Made by a program: the position numbers and the translations under genes | The notes under the pieces: model-generated | Databases searched by the model: none | Told to the model about the DNA's origin: nothing | Seen by the model: the letters and a program-made list of their open reading frames with translations, nothing else | DNA from: Lenisia limosa | Lineage: Eukaryota; Protista; Breviatea | Length of the DNA: 32,994 bases | Reading direction: 5' to 3' | Assembly: GCA_001655205.1 (NCBI GenBank) | Contig: LPNZ01003103.1 | Span: 1-32,994, forward strand | Shown: one piece after another, positions 29,245 through 32,994 of the stretch | How the letters are laid out: the number at the start of each line of letters is the position of its first letter | Position numbering within the stretch: position 1 is the first letter of the stretch

Positions 29245-32200
29245 TCAGTTCAGAAAAGCTGAAGAATCAGAACGAGACTGGTGGTAAAAATATTAACACG
29301 TCTAAACGAAGACCTGCGAACCTTAGTCGGGTTGAGGACTCATCCCGCAGTACAACTCGAGCCTTCTTGTTGAACTCCTGGGTTTTCTGCTTTGTCAGTT
29401 CAAATGATAAATGTCAATCCTCTTCTCAACTCTGGACCTGCCAACATCTCCAATTCCATTGCTTAGTTATTATTGCTGGGAAAAGCAACATTTTTCAGTG
29501 AAAGTTCTGAGATGGATGAATGTGTTTACTCTCTATTCTTTATTAAAGGGGAGGCCCCTCACCTTGGCTTGGCCCTCGGCTATGCCCCAGGTTGTGAGAC
29601 ATCGCTGCGTGGCTTCTTCCTGATTCAAGAGCGCGATAGTTCTGTGGGAGGGTAAGATATACAAAATGAGAAATAAAAACAAGGCTGTATGTATCTGGCC
29701 GAAGTCATCCAATTATCACGCTTTTCCTAGATATTGAATAATAGTAATTCACCCAATCATTTGCCTTATAACTCTGTGCACACTTCTGCATGCCTCCCCA
29801 GCTAGAGCCGCCTACGGGTCAAGTGCAAAGTGGATTAGAGCGTCACATCCCTCTTCCTGGATTGTAGCAAGCCGAATGTTTGACTCTCGAATATAATCGA
29901 TAAAATCGGGCGACATTTTATCCAGAGAAATGAGAATTGAAACGTCTTTTTCTGAAAATGTGAGCAGCATTTTAAAACAAATGTTAACACAAAATAGGCT
30001 TTCCTACCTATTTTCTCTAATGATTCAAGCTTGTCATTAACATCAAAAAGGTAGTCAGACACAGTGGGATTTCGAATTCGTAAATTCCGACAGATAATAT
30101 ATCTAAAGAAATCAGCAACTCTCATTTAAAGCGCACCTTTCAGAGTTGGCAGGTCTTGATGTGAAAGGCTTTACAATGGCAATGCTCTCAAAATGTAGAG
30201 ACATGATATAGAGAAGGCCGACGGTAAAGGGCATGAAAGCGTCGAAAAGCTTGCAGACAAAGTCTCCACCTGTTGAAATTATATCGTAAACTCTTTGTTT
30301 GAAAGGTAGAATAGACAGTTAAAAACAAAGCGTTTCATGTGTGAACACCCAAAAACCCCACCTTTTCGCACAGTACACAAAGCAGTGTTAAACTGGCAAA
30401 GAACTAGACGTTTGAGATGGTCTTCTTGAAAGTTCTCATCATCTGCTGTAGAAAAGCCCTGAGAAGTCAACTCCAACCACTAAAAGAGAGCAGTTCACCA
30501 TCCCCGCTTACACCATCGGCCATCAATAGGTCAAGTCCAACTCCCCGTGTTCTTTCGTCAATTACAGCTTGGTAGGACTTTACGTTCGCTTTCTTGTAGA
30601 TATCACCGGTATTGTCCTCTAGACGAGAAAATATGTTACAAAAAGCATGAGGTACCCAGCCTATCAAGTCCACGGCTAACCTCCATAGACGGCTTTGAAT
30701 GACTGCGGTAATAGCTTAAACTGAACTGTTAGCCCCAAAAACAAAACACCCAGAAAATGCTACTCTATGCAATTGTCCCAGCCCTGCCAACAGTTCCGAT
30801 TTTGAAGTCATTTTCTCCAACAAGAGTCATCCCTTGAAAGTCAACACGAAAGCAAAATCATGAAAGAAGTCAAAGCGTTGCATTTTACATACCTGTTCCA
30901 AAGCATTTCGACCCAAGTTTGTGGATTACGTATTGCGAGAACCCTCCAGGCCCTGCACAGACGTCGCCAAAGTAAAACTTTTTCTGAATATGAGTTGGAC
31001 TTGAGAAATTCAAAAAGTTAGTTGAAGTGTTTGTGAGAACTGTCAGTAATATTGCATCAGAACTTATGCTTACATCGGCTGGAATATGAGATGCTGGAGG
31101 GAGAAGAGAAGCCATATGGTCTAAATTGGCCATTTTCACTGCAGCCCGGTTTCCAAATAAGTTTTTCGCTCTGTTGATATCCTAAAGAGTAACTTCAGTC
31201 TTTTTAGTGGAAATAAGTTGCCAAGAAATAGCACCAACCTCATGCGGGTTTGCCTTTTTCCTTGCTTCCATAAAGGTCTTACTATCTAATTTGCCGAATT
31301 TGTCCTAAAAAAGTAAAGAAAAAAACTCCAGATTCTGTAAACAAAACAGACGCTCAAACCTTCGCTTTGAAAAGATCTGCTACAAGCTTTTTACCGCAAA
31401 ATGTCTCAAAATCAATTCGGCTTCTGTCCTACAACGATAAACAAGAATCCCTCAGAAGAACCAAACACCCACAAACAGCAGGACATTCCTCATAGCCCAT
31501 ATCAAACCAAACACCCACAAACAGCAGGACATTCCTCGTAGCCCATATCGAACCACTTCTGGACTGTCATGTCTTCAAGAGGCTCGGGAGCTACACAACA
31601 ATAAGCATGGGTACGCGCAATTTACCTTTCTGTGGTGGAAGCCAGGACCAAGCTTCCTCATGAGGAATGAACCTGAATGGTTATTGATGTCGCACGACTT
31701 ATGCTGCCACTTACCTGCCCATGTTTGGCTTGGTATGGACATATTTTGTTTTGAGAACGTCGTCCTCTTCAGGCACCTCGTAGCCAAGTCCTAAACATTA
31801 CCGCCGATAGGACACTTAACTTACTCAATTTATGACCCCTTTTAATTAAAATCAAATCTCATATTACACAGTCCATATTTAAAATCAAGACTGATGTAGA
31901 AGTCAATGCGTAATCCAGCTTACCAGCCTTGAACCCTCCTCCCGATTCGATAACAGCCTGACGACGTGCCATGGTTTTACCAATCTTTGAATCGGATGTT
32001 AGCCCAAATTTTTCCTAAAGGAGTGATAAGAATCGGTGACGCCTTGTTTGTTCAGGAGATTGCGATAATTTTCCTCAGCTTACAAAGAGGCCCTTCTTTT
32101 CGGTGTTTATATGATCCGATTCAGAGCTCTAGAAAGGTTACAATCAAAAACATGGGTGACTTTTCTAATACTAGAAAGAAGAACAAGGACTAACCAAAAA

Positions 32201-32994
32201 AAAGTGACCATTAACAAATCAACAGTCAATAACACCCCACACCTCTGTGGGAGTATCCTCCACTGGACTTGCTTCTTTTTCTTCTTGTTCATCAGCAAGA
32301 GTTGTTGAACTCACAAACACTGAATCCAAACTCTACAGAAATGAAAACCAGACATCAGGCTCTGCAATACCACGCTAGCCAACCTTTCTCTCAACTTTTT
32401 TCTGTTGGGGGCGATACTTGGTACTAGTGGGCTCCTCATCAGCTACAAAACGTAAGAAACATAGACAAAAAATCAGTCAAGTATCTCAGCTAAGGTTCTA
32501 TCCAAATAATATAATAGCACTGTTAATAACTCTCAATAGTTGCTCTAATTATTTTTAGATAATTGGACTTTTTCTGAAGGGCACTATTAAAAATATAACT
32601 ATTAATTTATTAATATTAATAAATAGCACTATTAATTATTATTTTTAGTTTTGATTTGGATATGCTTTTTTCTAACTCAAATTAATAGTACTATTAATAA
32701 CTATTAAAATTTGCTATTTGTAAAAATATTAATGTCTAGCTATTAATAGGACGGGTTTAACCCAACCCATTGCTTACGACTTGGAGCACGACGTTTGAGA
32801 CTGGTTAGTGGGGCAGTTGGGAACTGGAAGGGTGACCTTCAATACACAAGAACAATACCTCAGCACTGAACTCACCTTCGGTGGCTTGAGCACCCCGGCA
32901 CCAAACTCCTTCTGGAACTCCGCAAAGTGGATGTCAACATCCGTATAGAGATTAGAGAAGTCTGGATGGTGAGGTTAACATGTAACATGTGATT
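29245..32994 (-). CDS. CMTR1: Cap-specific mRNA (nucleoside-2'-O)-methyltransferase 1 (multi-exon; 5' end beyond right edge; 3' end approximate)
   Basis: Spliced motifs EARKKANPHE, FGNRAAVKMANLD, FYFGDVCAGPGGFSQYV, LLMADG, ENFQEDHLKRLVLCQF, FVCKLFDAFMPFTVGLLY, VKPFTSRPANSER|YIICR, FIDYIRESN, QRCLTTWGI, all typical of the CMTR1 Rossmann-fold methyltransferase. An upstream G-patch-like segment is present. Confidence 0.95.
29745..29797. repeat. Dispersed ~55 bp intronic element, copy 2
   Basis: TAATTCACCCAATCATTTGCCTTATAACTCTGTGCACACTTCTGCATGCCTCC, inside a CMTR1 intron, same orientation as copy 1. Confidence 0.93.
31459..31555. repeat. Tandem duplication, 46 bp x2, across a CMTR1 exon end and donor
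   Basis: AACCAAACACCCACAAACAGCAGGACATTCCTC(A/G)TAGCCCATATC(A/G) twice with 2 mismatches. Confidence 0.97.
32495..32750. repeat. AT-rich low-complexity island with a recurring AATAGCACTATTAAT-like motif, in a CMTR1 intron
   Basis: Variants AATAGCACTGTTAAT, GGCACTATTAAAAT, AATAGCACTATTAAT and AATAGTACTATTAAT, plus a perfect 18-bp palindrome at 32681-32698. Confidence 0.7.

Noticed and set aside
1-32994. Functional cluster of SPT5 and CMTR1 (both co-transcriptional capping factors)
   Set aside because: They are ~28 kb apart with four unrelated genes between them. Nothing in the sequence argues against coincidence.
1-32994. tRNA, rRNA, snRNA, transposase or reverse-transcriptase genes
   Set aside because: No T-loop/D-loop tRNA signatures, no recognisable rRNA or snRNA stretches, and no DDE/RT motifs were seen. 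Nearly all sequence is explained by exons and introns.

Overview
Eukaryotic, gene-dense, very intron-rich genomic DNA (GT-AG introns mostly about 45-100 nt). It contains five N-gaps (5385-5571, 6087-6193, 18124-18182, 24190-24440, 28098-28188). By manually splicing reading frames I find six genes. (1) SPT5, minus strand, runs off the left edge. (2) ALG14, plus strand. (3) A single ~16.4 kb minus-strand gene for a giant ankyrin-repeat / low-complexity / coiled-coil protein with an embedded run of 16 period-4 glycines (FliH/Yae1-like GxxxG array). (4) A DUF676-type alpha/beta-hydrolase, plus strand. (5) A mosaic type I membrane receptor-like protein without a kinase, plus strand: signal peptide, propeller-like region, degenerate Sushi, Ig-like, furin-like Cys repeats, Sushi, TM, Tyr/PDZ-motif tail. 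(6) Cap1 2'-O-methyltransferase CMTR1, minus strand, runs off the right edge. No rRNA, tRNA, CRISPR array or recognisable transposase was seen. The best leads are the mosaic receptor, the Gly-period-4 array, a ~55 nt element shared by introns of two unrelated genes, and recurrent 33-46 bp duplications of splice-signal DNA. The gene content and style would fit a unicellular holozoan/opisthokont, but that is an unverified inference. All exon models were made by eye without RNA data or database searches, so boundaries are approximate.
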